Position numbers and translations under genes: made by a program
DNA from: Nitrospirota bacterium
GTDB taxonomy: Bacteria > Nitrospirota > UBA9217
Direction of reading: 5' to 3'
NCBI GenBank assembly: GCA_963741205.1
Contig: CAVUHW010000026.1
Span: forward strand, 256,001 to 320,000
Length of the DNA: 64,000 bases
Shown here: one piece after another, positions 21,896 through 32,383 of the stretch
Layout of the letters: every line of letters begins with the position of its first letter
How positions within the stretch are numbered: position 1 is the first letter of the stretch
The notes under the pieces: generated by a model
Database searches by the model: none
The model's input: only the letters and a program-made list of their open reading frames with translations
Told to the model about the DNA's origin: nothing

Positions 21896-23639
21896 ATGGA
21901 GAACAAAACTATTAACAAGAGAACATTGTTCAATAGAGACGGATCTCAGACAGCGGAAATTCTTACTGTTGTTTTGAACAATATTGCGCAGGGCATGGTC
22001 GTTGTCGGGCCAGACTATGCCGTGCTGGCATTCAACAAACAGTTGGAGACACTTTTTGGATTGCAGCAGGGAGCACTCGAGGTAGGCCGTGATTTCAGAG
22101 ATGTTCTCAAGGTATGGGCTGATGTAACGGGGCAAACACAGGATATCCTTAAACAGACTTTGCGAGAGCTTGATCAGCCCAATCCCTTTGAAATTGAATT
22201 TCCGCAAACGATACAAGGGGTTAATCAATGGTGCCTGCTGTCCCATAATCCTTTGCCCTCAAAGGGATTTGTAAGGACATATTCTGACATCACCGCGAGG
22301 AAAAAGGCGGATGAGCAGCATAGGTATGATGCCTTCCACGATCCCCTGACAGGCCTTCCGAACCGGGCACTTTTCATGGACCGGCTCCAACACGTCATCA
22401 CCGCGTCTCAACGACGGCAGGGCACTTCTAACTATGCGGTCTTTTTCCTCGACATGGACCGGTTTAAGATCATCAACGACAGCCACGGTCATACCGTCGG
22501 CGATCAACTTCTCGTCGTCGTCGGTCGCAAGCTGGCCGATTGCATCCGGCCCGGAGATACCATCGCGCGGCTGGGTGGTGATGAATTTGCCCTTCTCCTG
22601 CAGAACATCAACGATCCCGCTTACACGGTCAACGTCGCCGAGCGGATCCGGGAAAAATTGGCAGCTCCCCTCGATATCAAAGGCCATAGGATATTCACGT
22701 CGATCAGCATCGGAATCGCCTTAGGCTCGGAAGGCTATGAACGGCCGGAACAAGTCCTGCGCGACGCGGACATCGCGATGTACGAGGCAAAAGGACGGGG
22801 AAATGCATCGTATGAGATCTTCGATATCAGGCTGCATGCCAATATCCTGGACCGAATGCAATTGGTAGCCGACCTGAGGGGAGCAGTCGACAATAAGGAG
22901 CTTACTCTCTACTATCAGCCCATCATCGACCTGAACACGCAGCAGTTGAAGGGATTTGAGGCACTCGTCCGATGGAATCATCCGAAGCGCGGGCTTATCT
23001 ACCCCATGGAGTTCATCCCCTTGGCAGAGGAACAGGGACTCATCTACCAGATCGGAGCATGGATTCTTCACGAAGCCTGCCGCGAGCTGAAATTGCTCCA
23101 GACGCGGTACCCCTCGCCAGCAGCCGCTTAATATGAGCATCAACATTTCAAGCAGGCAATTCTCTCAGCAGGACCTTGTCGGCATACTCTCCGAATGTCT
23201 CACAGAGACGGGCGTTGATCCGCACACCGTGATATTGGAAATCACCGAGAGTATGATCATGGAGAACGTCAGTGCCGCCGTGGAGACAATGAACCGCCTG
23301 CGCAACATGGGCGTACAGATCCATATTGATGATTTCGGCACCGGGCATTCTTCACTGGGCTACCTCCAACTCTTTCCGGTCAGTGCGCTCAAGATCGACC
23401 GCAGTTTTATCAACAAACTTACCACGAGCGGTGGCAATCAGGAAATCATCACACACATTGTTTCCTTGGCCAAGAGCCTGAATTTCGAGGTGATTGCCGA
23501 AGGAGTCGAGATGGAGCATCAATTAGCCAACATCAAGAATTTGCACTGCGGCTACGGCCAGGGTTTCCTCTTTGCCCGTCCCATGGCTTTTAATGCAATA
23601 GACGCGTGGATGCAAGAGCAGCAGCATCATCATCTATAA
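21896..23639 (+). CDS. PAS-GGDEF-EAL diguanylate cyclase/phosphodiesterase, frameshifted near 23125
   Basis: HDPLTGLPNR, RPGD I-site, RLGGDEF, FEALVRW, DDFGTGHSSL and IAEGVE. Confidence 0.93.
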
Positions 23640-24234
23640 GCCATATTTAAATATTTCAAGCACTTCTTCCCGATGTTCTCGGCAGTTGCGTCTTTTTGAA
23701 ATTTTACATAATTAACTAAAATGCATAGTTTGGATTATTGAAATAAATTTTTTGTCTTTTTTATACGTAAAAGCGTATACAGTTAAATGCAATATGCGGC
23801 AATCCACAATAATAAAATTTTCCCCTTGCGGTTTGGAAATTCCTCGGCTATAGTAAGTACTAGATTGAGAATGATCGGGGGGAAAATACTCGTTCATAAA
23901 ATTACCTTGGGTTTTGAGGGAGAGGGACCACTTGTAAGAGCGCCGTCTATAAGATGCGGTGTGCAAGCCCTCAACAGATTCAGAGAGGGTAGCCTGAAGC
24001 GTCTGCTGCGGCAAATAAGTTTGGGATTAGCCTCGAAATCATCAAAACCCAAGGTATCTTCATTCACTGCACTTCACTAAAGACCCATCCTTTGTGCTTT
24101 ATCTTATCGCAAAATTCCTTTATACTTTTTTACGTTCAACAATATCTTGTTGAGACCTGTCCATTTTGCGTAGACAACGAGGATAAGACACCTTCACCTA
24201 TCGCCATAATTCCCAATCGGAGGATGATTCATCG

Positions 24235-25233
24235 ATGACCTATCTCCTCAAACCTTTAAAAGTGCGTGCAATGAACTTGGCCGGCAGGCTGGTCATGCCG
24301 CCGATGGCGACAGCAAAAGCCGAACCTGACGGAAAAGTCAGCCAGGCGCTTCTCGACTACTACGAGGAAAAATCCCGTGGCGGCTATATTCCATTGATCA
24401 TCATCGAGCACAGCTATATAACCCCCGACGGAAAGGCAAGCGATAATCAGCTTTCCGTTTCCGATGACGCCGCGATCCCGGGTCTGCGCAAATTAGCGGA
24501 TGTCATTCACCGGAATGGATCAAAAGCCGCAATGCAGATCAATCACGCCGGAAGCGCGGCGCTAAAGGAAGTCACGAGAACGACACCCCTGGCTCCTTCG
24601 GCAACAGCGAATCCGAGACGCGGCGACATGCCCCGCGAACTTACGCAGAAGGAGATCGGCGAAATCGTGAACGCCTTCAAAGACGCTAGCCGCAGGGTCC
24701 AGGAGGCAGGCTTTGACTCTGTGGAAATACATTCCGCTCATGGATACCTTCTCAATCAGTTCTTGTCTCCCCTGACAAACAAACGGACAGACGAGTACGG
24801 CGGAAACATTTCCAACCGCATTCGTATTCATTTGCAGGTCATCGAGGCGGTACGCTCGGCAGTCGGGCCGGATTTCCCCATTCAGGTACGGTTAGGTGCT
24901 TCGGATTACACAGAAGGCGGAACGACAATTGAAGATAGCAAAATTGCCGCCCGGGCATTTGAAAAGTCAGGTGTGGATATCATTCACATTTCCGGCGGGT
25001 TTGTCGGATATACTCCCCCCGGCCTCACCGGCCAAGGTTACTTCGCTCCCCTCAGCGAGGCGATCAAGAGCGCTGTTTCCATTCCCGTAATCCTTACCGG
25101 CGGGATTACCGAAGGAGAAGCTGCAGAGAAGTTCTTGATGCAGGGGAAAGCAGACCTGATCGGCGTAGGAAGAGCAATTCTGCAAGACAGCACATGGGCG
25201 AAGCGTGCAATCGAAAATCTTCGATCGACGTAG
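24235..25233 (+). CDS. NADH:flavin oxidoreductase (Old Yellow Enzyme family)
   Basis: VMPPMAT, QINHAG and EIHSAHGYLLNQFLSPLTNKRTDEYGG. Confidence 0.95.
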   Translation: MTYLLKPLKVRAMNLAGRLVMPPMATAKAEPDGKVSQALLDYYEEKSRGGYIPLIIIEHSYITPDGKASDNQLSVSDDAAIPGLRKLADVIHRNGSKAAMQINHAGSAALKEVTRTTPLAPSATANPRRGDMPRELTQKEIGEIVNAFKDASRRVQEAGFDSVEIHSAHGYLLNQFLSPLTNKRTDEYGGNISNRIRIHLQVIEAVRSAVGPDFPIQVRLGASDYTEGGTTIEDSKIAARAFEKSGVDIIHISGGFVGYTPPGLTGQGYFAPLSEAIKSAVSIPVILTGGITEGEAAEKFLMQGKADLIGVGRAILQDSTWAKRAIENLRST

Positions 25234-25334
25234 AGTTTCATTGAAACGCCGGTAATTTGGATGCTGTGAAGAGGTAGTCGCAGTATTGTAAACTTATTGA
25301 GCTTCGCTTGTTAACGAAAACAGGAGGATATCGG

Positions 25335-26060
25335 ATGAGATCAATCGCTCGAATATCACTACTCGTTGTGCTGCTGACCCTGTCCGGAACAAATATTTTC
25401 GGTCTCGATAAGCAGGATGCAAAAAAAGCGCCTCCCCAGGGCAGCACCGCGGTCCTGATTGAGCCGGCATTTACCATTAATCCCTCCAGGACAGCGGTAC
25501 TCATCATGGACTATGAGAACGATATCGTAGGTATGCTTCCCGAGGACGTCCGAGGTCCGTTGATCGAAAAAGCAAGTGCAATACTCAAGGAAGCGCGGCA
25601 GGCAAAGATTCAGATCATCTATGTCGTAGTCCGGTTTCGCGACGGCTACCCCGAGGTCAATCTGCAGAACAAGCTATTCAGCAGTTTGAAACAGTCAGGC
25701 CGACTTGTTGAAGGCACGCCGGGTGCGGAAATAGAAGCGAGGGTAGCGCCGCAACCGGGAGATATCGTGGTCACGAAGCGACGGGTCGGAGCTTTTTCCA
25801 CAACCGACCTGGAAACGATACTCCGGTCAAAGAATATCAACAAACTGGTTTTATTCGGGATCTCGACAAGCGGCGTGGTCTTGTCAACTGTCCGCTGGGC
25901 CGCCGATATGGACTACTCGCTGGCCGTTGTGTCCGACGCCTGCGCCGACCGCGATCCCGAAGTGAACCGTGTACTCATGGACAAGGTTTTCCCGTGGCAG
26001 GCAACGGTCGTAACCAGCCACGAACTCCTGAAGGCCATCGGCGCCAGGGATATAAAATAA
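25335..26060 (+). CDS. Isochorismatase-family hydrolase with signal peptide
   Basis: TAVLIMDYEND, VTKRRVGAFSTTDL, GISTSGVVLST and DACAD. Confidence 0.88.
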   Translation: MRSIARISLLVVLLTLSGTNIFGLDKQDAKKAPPQGSTAVLIEPAFTINPSRTAVLIMDYENDIVGMLPEDVRGPLIEKASAILKEARQAKIQIIYVVVRFRDGYPEVNLQNKLFSSLKQSGRLVEGTPGAEIEARVAPQPGDIVVTKRRVGAFSTTDLETILRSKNINKLVLFGISTSGVVLSTVRWAADMDYSLAVVSDACADRDPEVNRVLMDKVFPWQATVVTSHELLKAIGARDIK

Positions 26061-26183
26061 TCCGTTCGTTTTCTTCCGGAACTACACGGGAGTTTCACTT
26101 TCTGAAAATTTTCCTTCAATTGCGGATTAGTTAGTGTACTAAACATCCAGCCATTAAACCACACCTGGTTCATGGGGTTTTGC

Positions 26184-27308
26184 ATGTCAACTGTCTATTT
26201 CTCTTCTGCCCGCACGCTCCGCTGGGACTACAACCACAGTATCCCCGGAAAACTCGAAACCCTGATCGGGAAGATGGGCTTCTCTGCGCGCTTCGGGGAA
26301 GACGAATGGGTCGCGATCAAAACCCATTGGGGATCGCATGGAGCCTTCCGCATTGTCCCGCCGGTCATGATCAGGAAGGTCGTTGAGGCTGTTCAGGCAG
26401 CGGGAGCGAAACCGTTCGTCACGGACACGGTCAGGATCATGGGTCTCGATTACCTTGAGGTTGCAAACCAGAATGGGCTCAACCACCTCTCCTGCGGCGC
26501 GCCCGTGGTCCTGGCTGACGGGCTTTACGGTAAGGACAGCATCCTCGTCAAAGCAGGTCCGATCCTGGGAGAGATTGCCGTGGCCTCGGCTATCCATGAC
26601 ATTCCCGCCATGGTCGTCTGTTCCCACACAAAGGGCCATATCAACGCGGGCTATGCGGGCGCTCTGAAGAACCTTGCCATGGGCTGCGTGAGCTCTCGCC
26701 ACCGGCAGCACGGATGGAAAAAGGGACGCGGCGGAATGCACTGCCACGGCGAGATGGGGCTTCAGTGGGACCCCGAGGTCTGCACTTTCTGCGAACAGTG
26801 CAAGAACATCTGCCCCCTCCATGCCATCGATTTCAAGGAAGGCGCATTCGTTGTCGACGAGAACAACTGCTGGCATTGCGGGCGTTGTTCTCGGGTGTGC
26901 CAGGAGGGAGCGCTCACGCTGCCGCAGGATGACGTGACCTTCCAGAAGAGCCTTGCCGAGGCGGCTGCCGCGGTACTTTCCACATTCCAGAAGGGCAAGG
27001 TCGTCTACATCAACTTCCTCTATGCGATCCAGCCCGAATGCGACTGCATGCCTGTAGCGGACGTGCCGGTGGTCCAGGACCAGGGCATCATGATATCAGA
27101 CGATATCGTCGCCATCGAGCAGGCGTCTCTTGATATGCTTAGGACCGCCTTCCCGCTTCCCCAGTCCGCGGCCGAAGACCTCGGGCTCAAACCCGGAGAC
27201 GATGTGATGGCGAGGCTCAACCCCCGGCCCATGCAGATCCAGATCGATGAAGCGGAACGGCTGGGACTGGGGACGAAGGATTACGAACTGGTGAAGGTGG
27301 AACCGTGA
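26184..27308 (+). CDS. DUF362 domain protein with 2[4Fe-4S] ferredoxin domain
   Basis: VAIKTHWG, SHTKGH..GALKNLAMGC, CTFCEQCKNICP, CWHCGRCSRVC and PECDC. Confidence 0.9.
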   Translation: MSTVYFSSARTLRWDYNHSIPGKLETLIGKMGFSARFGEDEWVAIKTHWGSHGAFRIVPPVMIRKVVEAVQAAGAKPFVTDTVRIMGLDYLEVANQNGLNHLSCGAPVVLADGLYGKDSILVKAGPILGEIAVASAIHDIPAMVVCSHTKGHINAGYAGALKNLAMGCVSSRHRQHGWKKGRGGMHCHGEMGLQWDPEVCTFCEQCKNICPLHAIDFKEGAFVVDENNCWHCGRCSRVCQEGALTLPQDDVTFQKSLAEAAAAVLSTFQKGKVVYINFLYAIQPECDCMPVADVPVVQDQGIMISDDIVAIEQASLDMLRTAFPLPQSAAEDLGLKPGDDVMARLNPRPMQIQIDEAERLGLGTKDYELVKVEP

Positions 27309-27409
27309 GAATCGGAAGGTAAAAGCCAGAATTAAGAAATTAGATGACAGAAGACAAACAAAATATGCTATATTTCAAATGTTGTCTTGTAGGCTTCAAG
27401 CTGGATTCC

Positions 27410-27479
27410 GACTTCTGACTTCTGACTTCTGACTTCTGACTTCTGTCTCCTGACTACTATCTTCTAACTCCCGACTCCC
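27410..27479. repeat. Heptamer tandem repeat (GACTTCT)5 plus 5 degenerate units
   Basis: Read directly; degenerate complementary heptads lie upstream at about 27310-27356. Confidence 0.9.
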
Positions 27480-27490
27480 GAGGTTTTCCA

Positions 27491-28918
27491 ATGTCCAAAC
27501 GCACCAAGATCATCGCCACCATCGGCCCAGCGTCGAACTCGCCCGCAATCATCGCCAGGCTCATCCGCGCAGGCATGGACGCGGCAAGGGTGAACTTTTC
27601 CCACGGCGAATGGGAGGACCACACGAGGCGCATCAGGATCATCCGGCAGGAGGCTGAAAAGGCAGGAAAACAGATCGCCATCATCCAGGACCTGCAGGGT
27701 CCGAAGCTGCGTGTCGGCGTCATGGAGAATGACGCGGTTACGCTGAAGCGCGGGGACATGTTGACCGTGGCTTTAAAAAATATCACGGGAACAAGCCGCA
27801 TCATTTCCATGACCTATCCTCGGCTGACGAAAGATCTGAAAACCGGCGACGCGATCCTTCTGGACGACGGCAGGCTTGAGCTTGCCGTCATGAAAAAAAA
27901 TGTCGCCGGCCTTGTCTGCAAGGTAGTCCGGGGCGGCATTCTCAAAAGCCACAAAGGGGTCAATCTGCCCGGCGCAAAGCTTTCGCTTCCCTCTCTTTCA
28001 CGCAAGGACAAAGCGGACCTCCGTTTCGGCATCGCCCAGGGAGTGGACTATATCGCGCTTTCGTTCGTGCGCAGGGCCGACGACATCGACTCGACGCGCC
28101 GTTTCCTGAAAGCTCACGGCGCGGACATCCCGATCATCGCGAAGATAGAAAAAGCCGAGGCCGTTCACAACCTCGAGGAGATCATCGAGGCGGCCGACGG
28201 GATCATGGTGGCTCGCGGCGACCTGGGCGTTGAGATGTCTCCCGAACAGGTGCCGCTGCTTCAAAAGAAGATCATCGCTGCCTGCAACCTGGCCGAGAAG
28301 CCGGTAATCACCGCCACCCAGATGCTCGAAAGCATGATCGAGAACCCCCAGCCCACGCGTGCGGAGGCCTCGGACGTCGCAAACGCCATCCTCGACGGCA
28401 CGGACTGCGTCATGCTCTCGGGCGAGACCGCCATGGGCAAGCACCCGGTCCAGGCGGTGGAGGTCATGGCGAGGTTCGCCATGCAGGCCGAGACATCCCT
28501 CGCGCCCTGGCCGCCCGATGCCCACATCTCCGGACCTGACGTGAGCGTGGCCCACGCCGCCTGCCGCGCGGCTGAAGAGCAGCACGCGCAGGCAATCGTG
28601 ACCTTTACCCAGTCCGGTTCCACGGCGCTCCGGGTCTCGAAACACCGCCCCCGGATGAGTATAATCGCGCCGACGCCTTTCGATCAGGTGGCGAGAAAGA
28701 TATCGCTCTACTGGGGTGTGACGCCCATCCTCGTGAAAGCCAAGCGCACCACCGACGACATGATCGCGAGCGTCGAGCGCGCCATGCTCTATCACAAGCT
28801 GGTCAGATCGCACGACCTTATTGTCATCACTGCAGGCGTGCCCATCGGCGTTGCCGGCAGCACGAATATGATGAAGATCCACCGCGTGGGGGAGGTCAAG
28901 GGGCTGGAAACACGGTAG
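27491..28918 (+). CDS. pyk: Pyruvate kinase
   Basis: RTKIIATIGPAS, RVNFSHG, IIAKIEK, MVARGDLGVE, TATQMLESM and MLSGETA. Confidence 0.98.
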   Translation: MSKRTKIIATIGPASNSPAIIARLIRAGMDAARVNFSHGEWEDHTRRIRIIRQEAEKAGKQIAIIQDLQGPKLRVGVMENDAVTLKRGDMLTVALKNITGTSRIISMTYPRLTKDLKTGDAILLDDGRLELAVMKKNVAGLVCKVVRGGILKSHKGVNLPGAKLSLPSLSRKDKADLRFGIAQGVDYIALSFVRRADDIDSTRRFLKAHGADIPIIAKIEKAEAVHNLEEIIEAADGIMVARGDLGVEMSPEQVPLLQKKIIAACNLAEKPVITATQMLESMIENPQPTRAEASDVANAILDGTDCVMLSGETAMGKHPVQAVEVMARFAMQAETSLAPWPPDAHISGPDVSVAHAACRAAEEQHAQAIVTFTQSGSTALRVSKHRPRMSIIAPTPFDQVARKISLYWGVTPILVKAKRTTDDMIASVERAMLYHKLVRSHDLIVITAGVPIGVAGSTNMMKIHRVGEVKGLETR

Positions 28919-28988
28919 ACCCGGGCAGTGGTTTTCTGTTATAATGGCGATTATTGCGGACCCCTCGATCAAACCGCAGAGGTGACGT

Positions 28989-29420
28989 ATGAAAGTAAGA
29001 GCATTGCTCGAGTCCAAGGGAAAAGATGTCGTATCCATTGATGCCGAAAGTTCAGTGGAGGACGCCATCAGGTCCATGAACTCCAGAAAGATCAGTGCCA
29101 TCATGGTGACCAAGAACGGTAAGACGACCGGCATCTTCACGGAGCGGGACGTCGTTCGGAGCTATATATCCTCGAACGGCAACAGCTTCAAGAACATGAA
29201 GGTCGGCAATTTCATGGTGACCGATCTCATCGTTGCGGTGCCGGACGACGATGTGGAGAACAGCGCGGTGATCATGATCGAAAAAAACATCCGCCATCTG
29301 CCCGTCATCGAAAACAACAAAGTCGTCGGAATGCTGTCTATCCGCGATATCATCCAGACCCAGGTTAAAAAGCTCACCGCCGAGATCCATCACCTGAAGG
29401 ACTATATCACCGGTTTCTAG
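28989..29420 (+). CDS. CBS-domain pair protein
   Basis: GIFTERDVV and IRHLPVIENNKVVGMLSIRDII. Confidence 0.93.
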   Translation: MKVRALLESKGKDVVSIDAESSVEDAIRSMNSRKISAIMVTKNGKTTGIFTERDVVRSYISSNGNSFKNMKVGNFMVTDLIVAVPDDDVENSAVIMIEKNIRHLPVIENNKVVGMLSIRDIIQTQVKKLTAEIHHLKDYITGF

Positions 29421-29596
29421 AGACGGCAGGCCTTTTCGACCCGGCAGGAGTCTTACTCTATCGCCTGTCCACGGGGATTTTCATGCCGCATGCGGTCCCC
29501 GTGCCTTTCATTGCTTGTCGCCGGGCTTCAAAACCACCACCGCCGCAAAACCGAAGAGGTTCCTACCTGATAATCCGATGTTACAACCGACGCTTC

Positions 29597-29636
29597 AAAA
29601 AAAAACCGGGGACCCTGTAGGGGGTACCCCGGTTTC
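29597..29636 (-). terminator. Intrinsic terminator between convergent genes
   Basis: A-tract followed by aaaccgggg...ccccggttt hairpin. Confidence 0.75.
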
Positions 29637-29657
29637 TGCTTTCTCGTCCGGTCCTGT

Positions 29658-29960
29658 TTACTCTTCGTCGTAGTTCGGGTTCGCCGGTTTACGATGCTTC
29701 GCGAGGTAATCGTGACTGAATGCCGGGATCACGCCTTTTTCTCCGTTCTGGGGATGGATCATGCAGCGATAGGACACCATTTGCCCGACAGACTTCATCA
29801 TGTGGTCCCAGCCCTTCTTAAACAGCGTGCATTCGTTATTGAAGCAGACCCAAAGATAGGGAGACTCCCAATCCAGGTGGCGGGCGTCCATTTGCTCCAT
29901 GACCTGCTGGCAGTGCGGACAGGTCGGGGCCTCGGTGACTTTCCAATTTGTCGTGTCCAT
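29658..29960 (-). CDS. Small Cys-rich zinc-finger-like protein
   Basis: CPHC..WVCFNNEC; ggagg RBS. Confidence 0.75.
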   Translation of the reverse strand: MDTTNWKVTEAPTCPHCQQVMEQMDARHLDWESPYLWVCFNNECTLFKKGWDHMMKSVGQMVSYRCMIHPQNGEKGVIPAFSHDYLAKHRKPANPNYDEE

Positions 29961-30114
29961 TACAACAACCTCCGTGAACCGTCAATCAAAGAATGGGTTA
30001 TTATACGTCGCAGCATCTTCCTTTGCAACAGGAAAAGCCCGGCAGTCTTCTGAAAATATCTCTTGAGCCTTCGTTGCGGGCTCGTAGCGAAGCTATCTCA
30101 TTTTCAATCTATTC

Positions 30115-31245
30115 TCATCGCCTCATTCTTTTTGCCATCTCCCTTCGCGCTATAAATATGTCAAAACGAGCGAGCAGGCAGTAGCTGAACCGTTCCTTCA
30201 ATTTCTGGATCATGGGACGGTTATGCCACTCCTCGATGCCGATGCGGACGGACTTCGTGAGGTCTTCCTCAAAATCAGCGCGGGCCTGGGCTGCGAGCTT
30301 GGGATCCTCCACGATCGCCACCAGTTCGTAGTTGATCCTTCCGCTCCGAATATCCATGTTCGCGGACCCCGCGATCACGGTATCGTCGGCGATCGCGATC
30401 TTGGAATGCATCATGGAAGGCGTGTATTCCCATACCTCGACGCCGGCCCTGAGAAGCCTGCCGTAAAGGCCTCGCGCGGCCCAACGCGTGATGGGGATGT
30501 CCGTGTGCAACGGGACCATGAGCCTGACCTGGACCCCGCGCCGAACCGCGCGTTTGAGTGCCCGCAGCATCCTGCCGTGCGGGTAAAAGTAGCCCATGGC
30601 AAGGTCGATCGTTCGCTTCGCATTCTTTACCACCTGGCGGTAGGCCCTGCGCACAGGGCGCATCGGATTTTCCGGCCCGCTCTCGAGAAACCGGACGGCG
30701 CCGGCCGTTCTCCTCCTGGCCCTGTGTTCGCGCGGCAACGGGGAGAACAGCCTGCGAAGCGGTGAACCTGCAATGGCCCACATCCGGGAGAAGGATCGGC
30801 GCAGACCGGCGACCTCGGGTCCTTCGATTTTCAGTGCGTTGTCACGCCAGGGAAGCTCGTTGTTCGCCCCCCGAAAGTACTCGTTGGAGATGTTCAACCC
30901 CCCAAGGAAGGCGATGGTGTCGTCGATCAGCAGTAATTTTCGATGATTGCGGAATGGAAGGAACCCCTTTGAAAGAGGACGGAACCAGCGGACCGCCCCC
31001 CCGGCGGCGCGAAGTCCGTCCCAGAATGAGTCCGGCAGGTTCCAGGAGCCCCATGCGTCAACGAGGACCCTGACCTGGAGGCCTCTACGCGCTGCCCCCA
31101 CGAGGCGGTCGCGGAATTCAGAACCGGTCTCGTCATCGGCCATAATATACATCTCGAGCGAGACGGACGATACGGCGCTTTCCAGAGCGGAAAACATGGC
31201 CGGAAAGGCCTCGGCGCCGTTTCTAAGGAGCCGGACGGTGGTCAT
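30115..31245 (-). CDS. Cardiolipin synthase-like phospholipase D (ClsB type)
   Basis: Two HKD motifs, RNHRKLLLID and MHSKIAIADD; WRD; no N-terminal TM. Confidence 0.9.
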   Translation of the reverse strand: MTTVRLLRNGAEAFPAMFSALESAVSSVSLEMYIMADDETGSEFRDRLVGAARRGLQVRVLVDAWGSWNLPDSFWDGLRAAGGAVRWFRPLSKGFLPFRNHRKLLLIDDTIAFLGGLNISNEYFRGANNELPWRDNALKIEGPEVAGLRRSFSRMWAIAGSPLRRLFSPLPREHRARRRTAGAVRFLESGPENPMRPVRRAYRQVVKNAKRTIDLAMGYFYPHGRMLRALKRAVRRGVQVRLMVPLHTDIPITRWAARGLYGRLLRAGVEVWEYTPSMMHSKIAIADDTVIAGSANMDIRSGRINYELVAIVEDPKLAAQARADFEEDLTKSVRIGIEEWHNRPMIQKLKERFSYCLLARFDIFIARREMAKRMRR

Positions 31246-31391
31246 AGGGAGTACTGAATCATGGGAAATTGAAGGTTGAACATTTGAAATTGGAAACTGT
31301 TCAAAAACGCAATGTCATACGTGACTCGTGGGGTTCCTTTTGAAATTTCGATTCTTCAATTTCCAATTTACAAATCGCGCCTCGCGCAGCG

Positions 31392-31865
31392 CTACATGTT
31401 CTCAAACGTGTAGTCCACCTTCATCTTCATGTCTTTTCTGAGCGTGTGGTAGACCGAGCAGTACTTTTCGTGCGAAAGGGAAATGGCGCGCTCGAGCTTC
31501 TTCTCCGTGAGTCCCGTACCCGTAACCGAAATGATCATCTCCATCGACGTATAATACTGGGGCGGCGTGGGATTTCTCTCGCCCACGATGTCCATCTTAT
31601 ATGTTTTGATTTCGCACTTCATCTTCTTGAGGAACGAGACCATGTCGATCCCCATGCAAGCAGCGACGGAGAGGAGGAGCGTCTCGGTCGGCGAGCAACC
31701 CCACTGCTGCTGCGCGTCGAACTCCACCTCGTAACCCCGGTTTGTGCGGCCGATGAAGATCAGTTCCTTGTCCCAGGTCAGGGTCGCCTTGTTCACCTGG
31801 GAAATCTTCGATTTGTAGACATCGAGTGATTCTTCGAGTTCCTTGACTTCCTTGTCATCCGCCAT
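31392..31865 (-). CDS. OsmC family protein (YhfA-like)
   Basis: SPTETLLLSVAACMGID..SHEKYCSV. Confidence 0.9.
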   Translation of the reverse strand: MADDKEVKELEESLDVYKSKISQVNKATLTWDKELIFIGRTNRGYEVEFDAQQQWGCSPTETLLLSVAACMGIDMVSFLKKMKCEIKTYKMDIVGERNPTPPQYYTSMEMIISVTGTGLTEKKLERAISLSHEKYCSVYHTLRKDMKMKVDYTFENM

Positions 31866-31902
31866 CCGTTGCTCCTTATTGAAAAGATTTCGTTTTTCTG
31901 TC

Positions 31903-31971
31903 TGTCATTCCCGCGAAAGCGGGAATCCATTTATTAATAAAATTGGATTCCGGGTCAAGCCCGGAATGACA
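31903..31971. repeat. REP doublet
   Basis: tgtcattcccgcgaaagcgggaatcca..tggattccgggtcaagcccggaatgaca. Confidence 0.88.
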
Positions 31972-32049
31972 ATTAAAGTGATGGGACTTACAACACACAA
32001 CCCTCGGTAATGTCGTTTCCTTCTCTTCGAACTATGAACCCTGCACCGA

Positions 32050-32370
32050 TTAAGGCATTCGAGGGCGGGCTTCGAACTTTTCTTTGAGATACTCCAGGGC
32101 TTCCTCTTCTTTTCCCGCCTCCACCTTGAGGACGTAGGTCTTAATGGCCGCCGGTTCGAGCCCGAGGGAAAAGGCATCGTAGGTGGCTCGGATGCCGCGA
32201 GAGCCGAGGAAACTTACGAGGTCCAGCATGATCGAGTCGTCGTATCCCCTGCCCGTGTCTCCGCGAAGCACTTCCACAAAATCGACATCAACAACGGGCT
32301 CTTCGGAGCTCCCATCTTTCCAGACGTCTCCGTATTCCCAGCCTTCTTCGTCCTGATCATCGCGCTTCAT
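32050..32370 (-). CDS. Hypothetical acidic protein
   Basis: Clean ORF with typical codon usage, co-directional with its neighbours. Confidence 0.65.
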   Translation of the reverse strand: MKRDDQDEEGWEYGDVWKDGSSEEPVVDVDFVEVLRGDTGRGYDDSIMLDLVSFLGSRGIRATYDAFSLGLEPAAIKTYVLKVEAGKEEEALEYLKEKFEARPRMP

Positions 32371-32383
32371 ATCATGCCCCGCC

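Noticed and set aside
23712-24080. Overlapping 100-aa and 97-aa ORFs in the AT-rich gap
   Set aside because: No RBS, atypical composition and no motifs.
27410-27479. Possible CRISPR array
   Set aside because: 7-bp tandem units without spacers, and no cas genes.
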